From NCBI GenBank assembly GCA_012103325.1, contig WLWY01000001.1, positions 1,508,986 to 1,572,985 on the forward strand: a stretch of 64,000 nt of DNA, read 5' to 3'. The stretch comes from Alphaproteobacteria bacterium. GTDB taxonomy: Bacteria; Pseudomonadota; Alphaproteobacteria; UBA8366; GCA-2717185. The position numbers and the translations under genes are program-made. This document shows, piece after piece, positions 41,005-49,620 of the stretch (within the stretch, counting starts at the first letter, position 1; the number at the start of each line of letters is the position of its first letter). The notes under the pieces were generated by a model. It was not told the origin of the DNA, ran no database searches, and worked only from the letters and a program-made list of their open reading frames with translations.

Positions 41005-41841
41005 ATGGCGACGAGTAGACCAAACAGCGGCTCTAAGACGAACACCGCCGGACCGACGTTTCGAGTCTTGCTCAGATACTGGCGCACGACACGCAATCTC
41101 AGCCAACTCGCTTTGGCGCAGGAGGCGGAGATTTCGACCCGCCACCTGTCGTTTCTGGAAACCGGCCGCTCGCGCCCGAGTCGGGACATGGTTGAACGGC
41201 TGGCTGAAGCGCTCGATGTCCCTCCCGCCGATGGCAACGTTTTGCTGCTCGCGGCCGGCTATGCACCGACCTATTCCGAGGACGATTCTGCGGCTGCGGA
41301 GTTCGAAGCGCATGAAAGAATGCTTGAGGTCATCCTCTCTCAACAGGGTTCGGTTCCGGCCTTGGTCATCGACGAAGACTGGAATGTTCGGATGAGAAAC
41401 GCCGCCGCCGCCCGTCTCTTCGGTGCGTTTCGTCCCTACTATCGCTTGCCGGAAAGCGTTGCCGATAACGTGCTGCACATCCTGTGTCATCCGGACGGGC
41501 TGCGTCAGTTCATGCCGAACTGGACCGAGTATGCCGAACCGTTTGTGCGGGAAATCGGTCATGAAGCGTCTATGGGGGGCCGTTTAGCAGCAGAAAGACT
41601 GCGCGACCAGCTGCATTGCTACCCTGGAATTCCCGTTACGACGGAAGCACACGATGGTGCGGTGCAACCGCTATTGCGGCTGGAGCGAAACGAGACGTCG
41701 CTATCCTTCTATACGGCGTTCACGACGTTTGTCTTGCCCTCTGCGCGTCAGCCGCGGCATATAAAGATTGAAGGTCTCTATCCCGCGGATCCTGCAACGG
41801 CGGGGATCGTTGAAAGGCTCGCAGGGCGGCCAGCACGATAG
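41005..41841 (+). CDS. XRE-family HTH regulator with MmyB-like C-terminal ligand-binding domain
   Basis: ORF 40927..41841 trimmed to ATG 41005. HTH LRYWRTTRNLSQLALAQEAEISTRHLSFLETGRSRPSRDMVERLAEAL, followed by a ~190-aa domain as in MmyB-type regulators. Confidence 0.7.
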   Translation: MATSRPNSGSKTNTAGPTFRVLLRYWRTTRNLSQLALAQEAEISTRHLSFLETGRSRPSRDMVERLAEALDVPPADGNVLLLAAGYAPTYSEDDSAAAEFEAHERMLEVILSQQGSVPALVIDEDWNVRMRNAAAARLFGAFRPYYRLPESVADNVLHILCHPDGLRQFMPNWTEYAEPFVREIGHEASMGGRLAAERLRDQLHCYPGIPVTTEAHDGAVQPLLRLERNETSLSFYTAFTTFVLPSARQPRHIKIEGLYPADPATAGIVERLAGRPAR

Positions 41842-41947
41842 CGGCCTCGAATAGTTGGCGTATTTACCCCTGACGTAATTGCTTTACCACATTGACCTGA
41901 ACACACTTTCCCTTGGCGACGGAGCCAAGCGAATAGTGAGGACGGTG

Positions 41948-42394
41948 ATGAGCAGCGATTCCTTGAATACATTGAAAGCGCTGAACGAGCGCTTCATTCT
42001 CAACTTCATTACCAATGATGTTGAATCGCATGACGCCATTATTCACGACCGGTTCCTCTGTATCATGCCCAATGGCGGATACCAGGATTGGGAAGCCTAC
42101 CTTAGGCGCTGGGCGACAGCCTTCGATCCGAATGAATTCGTCTATTTCGACTATCGCGATGAATCGGTTTCGATCTTCGGCAACGTCGCTCTGGTGCGGG
42201 CGGCGACTAAATATGTCCATCATGCAAACGGAACAGAGCAAATCGGTATGAACGTCTATACGGACACCTACCTGGAGGAGAAAGGTAAGTGGAAATGTAT
42301 TCAAGCGCACCTGACACCGGTATCCGCCGAACACTATCCAGGCGACGACACGATCGTACGGGCCTGGGTCAACGGTTGTCCTGAGGCTGGTTAG
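41948..42394 (+). CDS. NTF2-like / DUF4440 (SnoaL-like) family protein
   Basis: ORF 41879..42394 trimmed to ATG 41948. NTF2-like pattern LNERFILNFITNDVESHDAIIHDRFL...VALVRAATKY...YTDTYLEEKGKWKCIQAHLT. Markedly lower G+C than its neighbours (hand counts, see findings). Confidence 0.6.
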   Translation: MSSDSLNTLKALNERFILNFITNDVESHDAIIHDRFLCIMPNGGYQDWEAYLRRWATAFDPNEFVYFDYRDESVSIFGNVALVRAATKYVHHANGTEQIGMNVYTDTYLEEKGKWKCIQAHLTPVSAEHYPGDDTIVRAWVNGCPEAG

Positions 42395-42397
42395 GTT

Positions 42398-42901
42398 ATG
42401 AGAGAGAAGGTGATGAGTCCTTCTTGCGGGTCAGGCGCGGAACCGTCGCCACCGGGAATGGATTTTCTCCTACGCTTCGAGGCCACCTTTGCGCCGCCAC
42501 AGGATCTTGGAGAAACGCCGGCCGGCGGGAGGCGCATTCTGGTCGTGGAGACGGGACGCTTCGAAGGGCCGCGGCTTCGCGGCGCTGTACGGGCAGGCGG
42601 TGGTGATTGGGTCCTGATGCGGCGCGATGGCGTCGCGGAATTGGATATCAGGCTAACCTTGGAGACGGAGGACAAAGCGCTCATCTACGCAATCGGTATC
42701 GGTGTCTTCGACATGTCCCCGGAAATTAGACAACGGCTGTCGAAGGGCGAAAAGATTGATCGGGATCGCTACTATTTTCGCACGGCATGGACGTTCGAGA
42801 CCGGTGCGTCACAGCACGAATCGCTCAACCGGCTAATCGCCCTGGGTGTTGGGGAGCGCACCCTTGCGGGCATGATTACCTATGTCTTTGCGATCCAATA
42901 G
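42398..42901 (+). CDS. DUF3237 (UPF0311) family protein
   Basis: Pattern LGETPAGGRRILVVETGRFEGPRLRGAVRAGGGDWVLMRRDGVAELDIRLTLETEDKALI...YYFRTAWTFETG matches my memory of DUF3237. Start is ATG 42398 or ATG 42413. Confidence 0.6.
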   Translation: MREKVMSPSCGSGAEPSPPGMDFLLRFEATFAPPQDLGETPAGGRRILVVETGRFEGPRLRGAVRAGGGDWVLMRRDGVAELDIRLTLETEDKALIYAIGIGVFDMSPEIRQRLSKGEKIDRDRYYFRTAWTFETGASQHESLNRLIALGVGERTLAGMITYVFAIQ

Positions 42902-42909
42902 GGCTGAAG

Positions 42910-43266
42910 ATGATGGGCAAAAAACCGAAACTGGTCGAGGCCATCCTGCGCGCCGCGACAAATATTCTGGGATTTGTTCTGGTCCTGACACCGCTCGCCC
43001 TCTGGGCCGCGTGGTCGGAACAGTCCTGGTTCTTGGTTATGGTGGCCGGCATTGTCTCGGTGATCGGCCTTTTGCTCTGCCATTGGCTGACGGATGACGA
43101 CCGGCATATCGCGGATGATAGAACAGAACGCGCGCCACGGCCTGCAACCGTGAGCGATGAGTTCCTCGCCGAACTGTCCAGCATGGGGCCTTTCACCTAT
43201 CACAACCGGCTCACTGGGGATCGCAGATTCAGGATGAAGATGGAACGCTTGCGAAAACTTCTCTAG
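42910..43266 (+). CDS. Hypothetical small membrane protein (two predicted TM helices + charged tail)
   Basis: ORF 42787..43266 trimmed to ATG 42910, 9 nt after the DUF3237 stop. Helices ILGFVLVLTPLALWAAW and FLVMVAGIVSVIGLLLCHW. I recognise no family. Confidence 0.45.
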   Translation: MMGKKPKLVEAILRAATNILGFVLVLTPLALWAAWSEQSWFLVMVAGIVSVIGLLLCHWLTDDDRHIADDRTERAPRPATVSDEFLAELSSMGPFTYHNRLTGDRRFRMKMERLRKLL

Positions 43267-43326
43267 ACCGGATCGGGGTTTGTCGGAATTGCCTTTGGCG
43301 ATCCGACAACCGCGTGAATCCGGTCT
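43265..43326. repeat. Nested hairpin element (outer 9-bp stem agaccggat/atccggtct, inner 8-bp stem ttgtcgga/tccgacaa)
   Basis: Read directly. Starts inside the stop codon of the 42910..43266 gene. Confidence 0.85.
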
Positions 43327-43340
43327 ACCAACTTGATGAT

Positions 43341-43401
43341 AGAGCAAATTCACAGAATTAGACGGAACCGGAAACGGTTCCATCTAATTCTGATTTGCTC
43401 T
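43341..43401. repeat. 61-nt near-perfect long hairpin (agagcaaattcacagaattagacggaacc ggaaac ggttccatctaattctgatttgctct)
   Basis: Read directly. About 26 paired positions with one bulge and one mismatch. Abuts the yqgE-like stop codon (43400-43402). No U-tract on either strand. Confidence 0.85.
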
Positions 43402-43975
43402 AGGCGTGTCCGTGTTCGCCGGATAGCAGGGAGACGTCAATGCCAATTTTTTCGATCGCTCGTTCCCACCGGTTCTCGATATCGGCGTCGAACATAAGGG
43501 CGTCGTCGGCCGGTACGTGCAGCCAGGCATTCTGTTGGATTTCGCCGTCAAGCTGGCCTGCTCCCCAGCCGGCGTAGCCCAACGCCAGAATCGCCTGACG
43601 CGGACCCTGATCAGCGGCAATATCCTTCAGGATATCGATCGTCGCCGTCAGACCCACCTTGCTGTCGACGATGATCGTGCCGTCTTTTTCGTATTCCAAC
43701 GAATGCAGTACGAACCCGCGGCCAGTTTCGACCGGGCCGCCATACTGCACGGTGATGTCCGCAGTTTGTATCGGTATTTCGATGTCGAGCTGGGAAAGCA
43801 AATCTTCGAATGTCAGGCTCTCCAATGGCCGATTGACGATCAATCCCATGGCACCATCGGCGTTGTGGATGCACATATAGATAACCGAACGCTCGAACCT
43901 GGGGTCCTGCATGGTTGGCATGGCGATGAGCAACTGCCCTGTCAAATAGCCCGATGTGCTGTCATTATGATCCAT
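43400..43975 (-). CDS. YqgE/AlgH family protein (UPF0301)
   Basis: GYLTGQLLIAMPTMQDPRFERSVIYMCIHNADGAMGLIVNRP is the family's characteristic N-terminal block. 191 aa. Confidence 0.85.
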   Translation of the reverse strand: MDHNDSTSGYLTGQLLIAMPTMQDPRFERSVIYMCIHNADGAMGLIVNRPLESLTFEDLLSQLDIEIPIQTADITVQYGGPVETGRGFVLHSLEYEKDGTIIVDSKVGLTATIDILKDIAADQGPRQAILALGYAGWGAGQLDGEIQQNAWLHVPADDALMFDADIENRWERAIEKIGIDVSLLSGEHGHA

Positions 43976-44184
43976 TGCGCTGCCTGCAATATGGTCTCGG
44001 CACCGATTGTTGATATTACCGCGAACGCGCGATGAAAGGAACCGCAGGCGTCATACCCACCCTATGAATGTGTTGAAACGCGCACGGAAAAGTGACCCAG
44101 ATTAACGGAATGACTACACTATATATCGCCCAATATCGATGTATACGCAGTGCAAAGCTCAGGGACGCGTAAAGGATTACCGAT

Positions 44185-46308
44185 TTGTCCAGTTTTCGGA
44201 AACTATTGGCTTTTCTGGCGATTTTACTGTTTACGGTAGCGCCGCGCATTGCCTTTGCGATGGCGGGCGATTGGGATACGAATGAGCATGTAAAGGTGCG
44301 CATCGTGTCCGCGGTTGAAGCCGTCGGTGAACGCGATACTGTACCGTTGGGCGTCCAATTCCAGCTTAAGCTAGGTTGGAAAATCTATTGGCGTTCGCCT
44401 GGTGATGCCGGGTTTCCGCCCGACCCCGATTGGAGCCGGTCGAAGAACCTATCCGGGGCGGAAATTGCGTGGCCCGCTCCAGAGCGCTTCTCGATTCTCG
44501 GGTTGGAGACGCTCGGTTACAAGGATGAGGTTGTGTTCCCCTTGTCCGTAGCGGTTTCGCAGCCTGGAGAGGCATTGCAGCTAAAAGGCCAGATCCGCTA
44601 CCTCGCCTGCAAGGAAATTTGCATTCCGTACGAGGCCAAGGTCGGGCTCGATGTGCCTGCCGGGCCGGCGAATCCGGGCGAATACACCCATCTTATCAGC
44701 AGTTACGTTGCGAAGGTTCCGGGCGCGGGAGATCGGCACGGGCTATCTGTTCAAAAAGCGGTGCTGCTGCAGGGAACCGCAGAGACCACCATCCAAGTCG
44801 AGGCACTCAGCCGCGAACCGTTTGTCAAACCGGACTTGTTCGTGGAGGGGCCGGAAGAGGTGGTGTTCGGCAAACCCGTCATATCGCTGTCGGATGGTGG
44901 CAAGCGGGCGGTCTTGGCGCTTACCGGTATCGGGCTGACGCCGACGGAGCTGGATGGTGCAACCCTCGTTTTTACGCTGGTCGACGGCGACCGGGCCATG
45001 GAAGCGGCGACGCCGGTTCGTCTCGGCGGCGCGATTGAATCTGTGCCTTCGCAAGCTGGTGTCGAAGCAACAGCGTCGCTTGGGTACATGCTGGCGCTTG
45101 CGTTGCTGGGCGGCCTCATTCTGAATCTGATGCCCTGTGTGTTGCCCGTGCTGTCCATCAAATTACTGTCCGTCGTCAGCTATGGTGGGGGTAATGCGGG
45201 CGGTGTCCGGGTCGGATTCCTTGCAACGGCGGCGGGGATCGTTGCGTCCATGCTTCTCATTGCAGTCGCGCTGATCGGCGTTAAGGCCGCTGGCATGACG
45301 ATTGGATGGGGCATCCAATTCCAACAGCCGCTTTTCCTCGTTTTCATGGCGCTCGTGGTGACGCTTTTCGCGTGCAATCTTTTCGGTTTGTTTGAGGTCC
45401 AGGTTCCGCAGCGTCTGGCCGATTTGAGCCTCAGCGCGGGCGATCGTCCTTCGGTGGGCGGGCATTTTATGACGGGCGCATTTGCGACTCTGCTCGCGAC
45501 TCCGTGCTCTGCACCGTTCGTTGGCACGGCCGTGGGCTTTGCCTTAAGCCGGGACATAGTTGAAATACTCTTGGTATTCGCGGCGCTTGGGGTCGGTTTG
45601 GCGCTGCCTTATCTGGCGGTTGCCGCTGTGCCCGCCATTGCCACGGCGTTGCCGCGCCCCGGCAAATGGATGGTGATCCTGCGCCATATACTCGGTTTGT
45701 CTTTAGTTGCGACGGCGCTTTGGCTCCTGACCGTCATTTCGGTGCAGATTGGGGTGGAGGGCGCGTTCGCGCTTGGCGGGATGCTGGCATTGATCGGCAC
45801 CGTTTTGATTATTCGCAGGCTCCCCGGCTCCCGCCTTGGCCGTCATTCCGGGAAAGCCGTTCTTGTCCTTGCAATTGCTGCTCTGGCACTACCGATCGTA
45901 CGCCCGCAGCCGATTACGCCTATGGCCTCCGTGCAATCTGGCAACTGGCAGCCGTTCAATCGCGCGGAGATATCGCGGCTGGTGGCAGCGGGGCGTGTCG
46001 TGTTCGTCGATGTCACCGCGGACTGGTGCATTACCTGCCAGGTGAACAAAAAGGTCGTGCTCGATACCGAACCGGTGTCCGAATGGCTTAACAGCGAGGA
46101 TGTTGTTGCAATGCGCGCCGACTGGACGCGTCCAAATGATGAAATCGCACATTATCTGGCCAGTTTTGGCCGGTACGGTATTCCGTTCAACGCGGTATAC
46201 GGGCCGAAGGCGGTAAACGGCATCGCCTTGCCGGAACTCCTGACCAGCACCATCGTTCTAGATGCAGCAGTAAAGTCTGGCAGCGACACTCGTTTCGTCT
46301 CCCGTTAG
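44185..46308 (+). CDS. DsbD/ScsB-family protein-disulfide reductase (periplasmic N-domain + CcdA-like TM core + C-terminal thioredoxin)
   Basis: N-domain with YLACKEICIPY. TM core Cys motifs LMPCVLPVLSIKLL and LATPCSAPF. C-terminal thioredoxin DWCITCQVNKK. TTG start at 44185. Confidence 0.8.
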   Translation: MSSFRKLLAFLAILLFTVAPRIAFAMAGDWDTNEHVKVRIVSAVEAVGERDTVPLGVQFQLKLGWKIYWRSPGDAGFPPDPDWSRSKNLSGAEIAWPAPERFSILGLETLGYKDEVVFPLSVAVSQPGEALQLKGQIRYLACKEICIPYEAKVGLDVPAGPANPGEYTHLISSYVAKVPGAGDRHGLSVQKAVLLQGTAETTIQVEALSREPFVKPDLFVEGPEEVVFGKPVISLSDGGKRAVLALTGIGLTPTELDGATLVFTLVDGDRAMEAATPVRLGGAIESVPSQAGVEATASLGYMLALALLGGLILNLMPCVLPVLSIKLLSVVSYGGGNAGGVRVGFLATAAGIVASMLLIAVALIGVKAAGMTIGWGIQFQQPLFLVFMALVVTLFACNLFGLFEVQVPQRLADLSLSAGDRPSVGGHFMTGAFATLLATPCSAPFVGTAVGFALSRDIVEILLVFAALGVGLALPYLAVAAVPAIATALPRPGKWMVILRHILGLSLVATALWLLTVISVQIGVEGAFALGGMLALIGTVLIIRRLPGSRLGRHSGKAVLVLAIAALALPIVRPQPITPMASVQSGNWQPFNRAEISRLVAAGRVVFVDVTADWCITCQVNKKVVLDTEPVSEWLNSEDVVAMRADWTRPNDEIAHYLASFGRYGIPFNAVYGPKAVNGIALPELLTSTIVLDAAVKSGSDTRFVSR

Positions 46309-46428
46309 TTCCTATCAATAGACTGGTTTTGTTGCCGTGCCCGGCTGCTTTCTTCTGGACATCGGGCCGCGGCGGCTTATGTCTTGGGTGGAGCAAATTT
46401 CGGACATAAAAATCGAGGGAGAGAATAA

Positions 46429-46911
46429 ATGGCACTACAAGTTGGCGATAAAGTTCCGTCGGCGACGTTATACGAAATGGGCAATGAGGGTCCTGCTGCG
46501 GTTTCGACCGACGAATTTTTTGCGGGGCGGAAAGTTGTGCTTTTTGCCCTGCCGGGCGCATTCACGCCGACTTGCTCGGCGCAGCACGTACCGGGATTCG
46601 TCAACAATGCCGAAGCGATCAAGGCAAAGGGTGTAGACGAAATCGCCTGCCTTTCAGTCAATGACGCGTTCGTCATGGGCGCATGGGGAAAAGATCAGGG
46701 CGCCGGGGACAAGGTTCGCATGCTGGCGGACGGCAGCGCCGATTTTACCCGTGCGGCCGGTCTCGAATTCGACCTCAGCGAGCGTGGGCTCGGCGTCCGC
46801 TCGAAGCGCTATGCGATGGTTGTCGAGGATGGCGTGATCAAGGCACTCAATCTCGAAGACGGCGGCGGTTTGACGATTTCGAGCGCTGAGTCGATTCTGG
46901 ACGTTCTGTAA
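46429..46911 (+). CDS. Peroxiredoxin (Prx5/PrxD subfamily)
   Basis: 160 aa. Peroxidatic Cys in LPGAFTPTCS. GAGGGAGAG upstream of the ATG. Confidence 0.85.
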   Translation: MALQVGDKVPSATLYEMGNEGPAAVSTDEFFAGRKVVLFALPGAFTPTCSAQHVPGFVNNAEAIKAKGVDEIACLSVNDAFVMGAWGKDQGAGDKVRMLADGSADFTRAAGLEFDLSERGLGVRSKRYAMVVEDGVIKALNLEDGGGLTISSAESILDVL

Positions 46912-46927
46912 TACTGCGGTCGTACAA

Positions 46928-47386
46928 TTAGGAATTAAGCGTGCCGGCGCCCGGAATCGCTTCGCGGGCGAGAGCGTCGGCACGTTCGTTTTCCGGATGA
47001 CCGGCGTGTCCTTTGACCCAGTGCCACTCTACGTCATGCTGCTCGATTGCGGTTTCGAGTCGTTGCCATAGGTCCATATTCTTGACCGGTTTTTTGTTCG
47101 CGGTTTTCCAGCCGCGCTTCTTCCAGGCATGGATCCATTTGGTAATGCCGTCTTTAAGGTAAGTGCTGTCGGTGTGAACCACCACGCGGACCGGCCGCTT
47201 CATCGCCTCCAGCGCGTTGATCGCCGCGAGCATTTCCATCCGGTTGTTGGTGGTTTCATGTTCGCCGCCTTGGAGTTCCCGCTCCACACCCTGATAGCGC
47301 AGGATCGCCCCCCAACCGCCGGGTCCGGGGTTCCCGCTGCAAGCCCCATCCGTGAAGATCTCAACCGTTTCGTTGTTCGCCATCAA
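46928..47386 (-). CDS. rnhA: Ribonuclease HI
   Basis: [27 protein letters not shown] and HTDSTYL motifs. 152 aa. Confidence 0.92.
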   Translation of the reverse strand: MMANNETVEIFTDGACSGNPGPGGWGAILRYQGVERELQGGEHETTNNRMEMLAAINALEAMKRPVRVVVHTDSTYLKDGITKWIHAWKKRGWKTANKKPVKNMDLWQRLETAIEQHDVEWHWVKGHAGHPENERADALAREAIPGAGTLNS

Positions 47387-48345
47387 TCCAGCCCATAGGC
47401 GGTAGGACTGTTAACCTGCTGGTGAAACTGCAGAATTCCAAGATACTCCAACGGGTTCTTCGGCTTTACCAGCGCGCCTTCAGGATGGTTCAACCAGTCA
47501 TAAAGCCGGGTCAGAAGGAAGCGGACTGCGCTGCCGCGCGCGAGCAGCGGCAATGCTCGCAACTCAGCGTCGGAGAACGCCCTGACTTTCCGGTAATTCG
47601 ATAGCATGAGGCGGGCCTTGGTGACGTTGAAGCTGCCGTCGCGTTCGAAACACCAGGCATTCAGACAAATGCCTAGGTCGTAAGCGAAGAAATCATTGCA
47701 GGCGAAATAGAAGTCAATCATCCCGGAAAGCTTGTCGCCTAGAAAGAAGACGTTATCCGGGAATAGGTCCGCATGGCATACGCCGGATGGCAGGCCGGTT
47801 GGCCAATTCGCCTCCAGATAATCGATTTCCGGTCCGACAATTGCACAGAGTCCCGGGTCGACATCATGCGCCCCCGGGACGCACGAATCGTAGAGCGGGC
47901 GCCAATCTTCGACAGAAAGGTCATTTTTACGGTGTAGATCGAAGGTCGTGCCAGCGATATGAAGGCGGGCGAGGGCGGTGCCGAGTTCGGCGCAGTGATG
48001 CGGCTGAATGCGCCGTGGCCACATCCCCTCCAGAAAGGTGATGATGGCGGCCGGGCGTCCGCAGAGCTCGCGCAACGCCGTTCCTTCGCGATCGTGCAAG
48101 GGTGTTGGGCAAGCAATACCTTGCGCGGCCAGGTGCTCCATGAAGCCAAGGAAATAGGGTAGATCGGTCGCCCGCACGCGCTTTTCGTAAAGCGTCAGAA
48201 TGTAGGGCCCTTGCGTCGTCTGCAGCAGGTAGTTCGAGTTTTCGACGCCTTCGGCGATGCCTTTGAATGAAACCACATCGCCGATATCGTATGCGCCGAC
48301 AAAGTCGATGAGATCTTCATCGCTGACTTCGGTATACACCGCCAT
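47383..48345 (-). CDS. thrB: Homoserine kinase, ThrB type (APH/choline-kinase fold)
   Basis: ORF 47383..48468 trimmed to ATG 48345 ([22 protein letters not shown]...GVENSNYLL). Catalytic loop [13 protein letters not shown]. The stop overlaps the rnhA start by 4 nt. Confidence 0.85.
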   Translation of the reverse strand: MAVYTEVSDEDLIDFVGAYDIGDVVSFKGIAEGVENSNYLLQTTQGPYILTLYEKRVRATDLPYFLGFMEHLAAQGIACPTPLHDREGTALRELCGRPAAIITFLEGMWPRRIQPHHCAELGTALARLHIAGTTFDLHRKNDLSVEDWRPLYDSCVPGAHDVDPGLCAIVGPEIDYLEANWPTGLPSGVCHADLFPDNVFFLGDKLSGMIDFYFACNDFFAYDLGICLNAWCFERDGSFNVTKARLMLSNYRKVRAFSDAELRALPLLARGSAVRFLLTRLYDWLNHPEGALVKPKNPLEYLGILQFHQQVNSPTAYGLD

Positions 48346-48525
48346 AACTGCTATCCTGAATTTCGCGCACGCGGGTTCTGGCGCCGATATAGGCTCCTCG
48401 CGCTCTTGACGCCATGCGGCGAGGTGACCATAAATTCTCCTAACGAGACATGCTGCCGATGCCTCCACTTTCCGGCGGCACTCTGACGCGAAGTTAGTAT
48501 ATTCACCGAAAGGAAGAAAGCAGCC

Positions 48526-48765
48526 ATGACGGAACCAGTCGTCGCGCAGAAGGCCCCGCTCGAAGTGGCAGTAACGGAAGGGGAAAGCTATTGGTGGTGT
48601 GCTTGCGGATTAAGCAAAAGCCAGCCGTTTTGCGATGGCAGCCACAAGGGTACGGGAATCTCGCCGATGGAATATACGGCGACCCGAACCAAGAATGTCT
48701 TCTTCTGCGGCTGTAAGCAAACAGGCAATAAACCGTTATGCGATGGTGCGCATTCGGTTCTCTGA
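48526..48765 (+). CDS. CDGSH iron-sulfur domain-containing protein (two CDGSH motifs)
   Basis: [16 protein letters not shown] and [16 protein letters not shown]. 79 aa. Confidence 0.85.
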   Translation: MTEPVVAQKAPLEVAVTEGESYWWCACGLSKSQPFCDGSHKGTGISPMEYTATRTKNVFFCGCKQTGNKPLCDGAHSVL

Positions 48766-49300
48766 TATTTTGCGTGCCGTGACGCGTCACCTTATCAAGG
48801 CGCCGCTGCTCCTCGCTGCGGCGCTTGCGCTTTCGGCCTGCGTGAGCGAAGCGGAGGATGCGATCGCCTGCCCCAGCGTTGAGGTGCTGCAGGATCTCGG
48901 TGAGCTTGTGCGGTTTAAGCCTGGACCGGGGCGCGATCCGACCGACGTATTGGTAGAGGCCTGGATCGATGGCGTCGGGGGCCAGTGTTTTTTCGATGGT
49001 GAGGAGTTGAACGCCGATTTGATCGTTCGGATTGGGTCACGGCGCGGACCGGCAACCAAATCCGATAAAGCGACAATCGGCTATTTTGTCGCGATTACAG
49101 ATCTGAACCGCAAGGTGCTGAGCAGGCAGGCTTTTAAAACGACGGCGCCGTTTTCCAATCGGAAGACGATCCTGTTTGAAGATACGCTGGATCTCAACAT
49201 CCCGCTTCCTCGGCGTGCGCAGACCGATTCCTTCACGATCTATGTCGGGCTAGAGTTGTCCGAGCAAGAGTTGGCCTTTAACCGGCGCAAGCAAAAATGA
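48743..49300 (+). CDS. Hypothetical lipoprotein
   Basis: Lipobox [10 protein letters not shown] in track ORF 48635..49300. Start uncertain: ATG 48743 overlaps the CDGSH gene; TTG 48770 or GTG 48779 would not. I recognise no family. Confidence 0.5.
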   Translation: MVRIRFSDILRAVTRHLIKAPLLLAAALALSACVSEAEDAIACPSVEVLQDLGELVRFKPGPGRDPTDVLVEAWIDGVGGQCFFDGEELNADLIVRIGSRRGPATKSDKATIGYFVAITDLNRKVLSRQAFKTTAPFSNRKTILFEDTLDLNIPLPRRAQTDSFTIYVGLELSEQELAFNRRKQK

Positions 49301-49373
49301 TGAATATGGCCTCGTGGTTGACATTCTGCGGCAAGGCGTTAGCTTCTGCATCACGTGTAACGCACCGTTGACC

Positions 49374-49555
49374 CCTGTGGGAGAGGTGGATGCCTGTTTC
49401 GGCATCCGCGCCGAAGGAGCAACCGCCCCGGAATCTCTCAGGCAAAAGGACCGCAGGGCGAGGGCACTCTGGAAAGCAGGTATCGATTCGTCGGTGCCTC
49501 ACCGAAGGTGAAAGCCGGACCTCGTCCGGTGATACTCTCAGGTACGACGACAGAG
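49374..49555 (+). promoter_or_regulatory. Tandem glycine riboswitch (two aptamers) upstream of gcvT
   Basis: Aptamer 1 (49374-49457): ccugugGGAGAG...CGCCGAAGGAGCAA...CUCUCAGGCAAAAGGACcgcagg. Aptamer 2 (49467-49555): CUCUGGAAAG...CACCGAAGGUGAAA...CUCUCAGGUACGACGACAGAG. Both match the conserved glycine-aptamer core and sit in the classic gcvT context. Confidence 0.85.
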
Positions 49556-49620
49556 CGGGGCAGGAGGTTTCATGAAAATGGAACCTGCTGCCGTTGATCC
49601 GTACTGTTGGAGGACCGGAG

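Noticed and set aside
40377-41841. GNAT acetyltransferase followed by an XRE HTH protein as a possible GNAT-type toxin-antitoxin pair.
   Set aside because: The GNAT is RimJ/RimL-like and belongs to the conserved thrC-M16-GNAT trio. The HTH protein is a 278-aa MmyB-type regulator rather than a small antitoxin. Gene order and sizes do not fit known GNAT TA modules.
42231-42244. The 10-nt word agagcaaatc inside the DUF4440 gene matches the arm of the 43341-43401 hairpin.
   Set aside because: It is a single short match inside a coding region with no second arm. This is consistent with chance.
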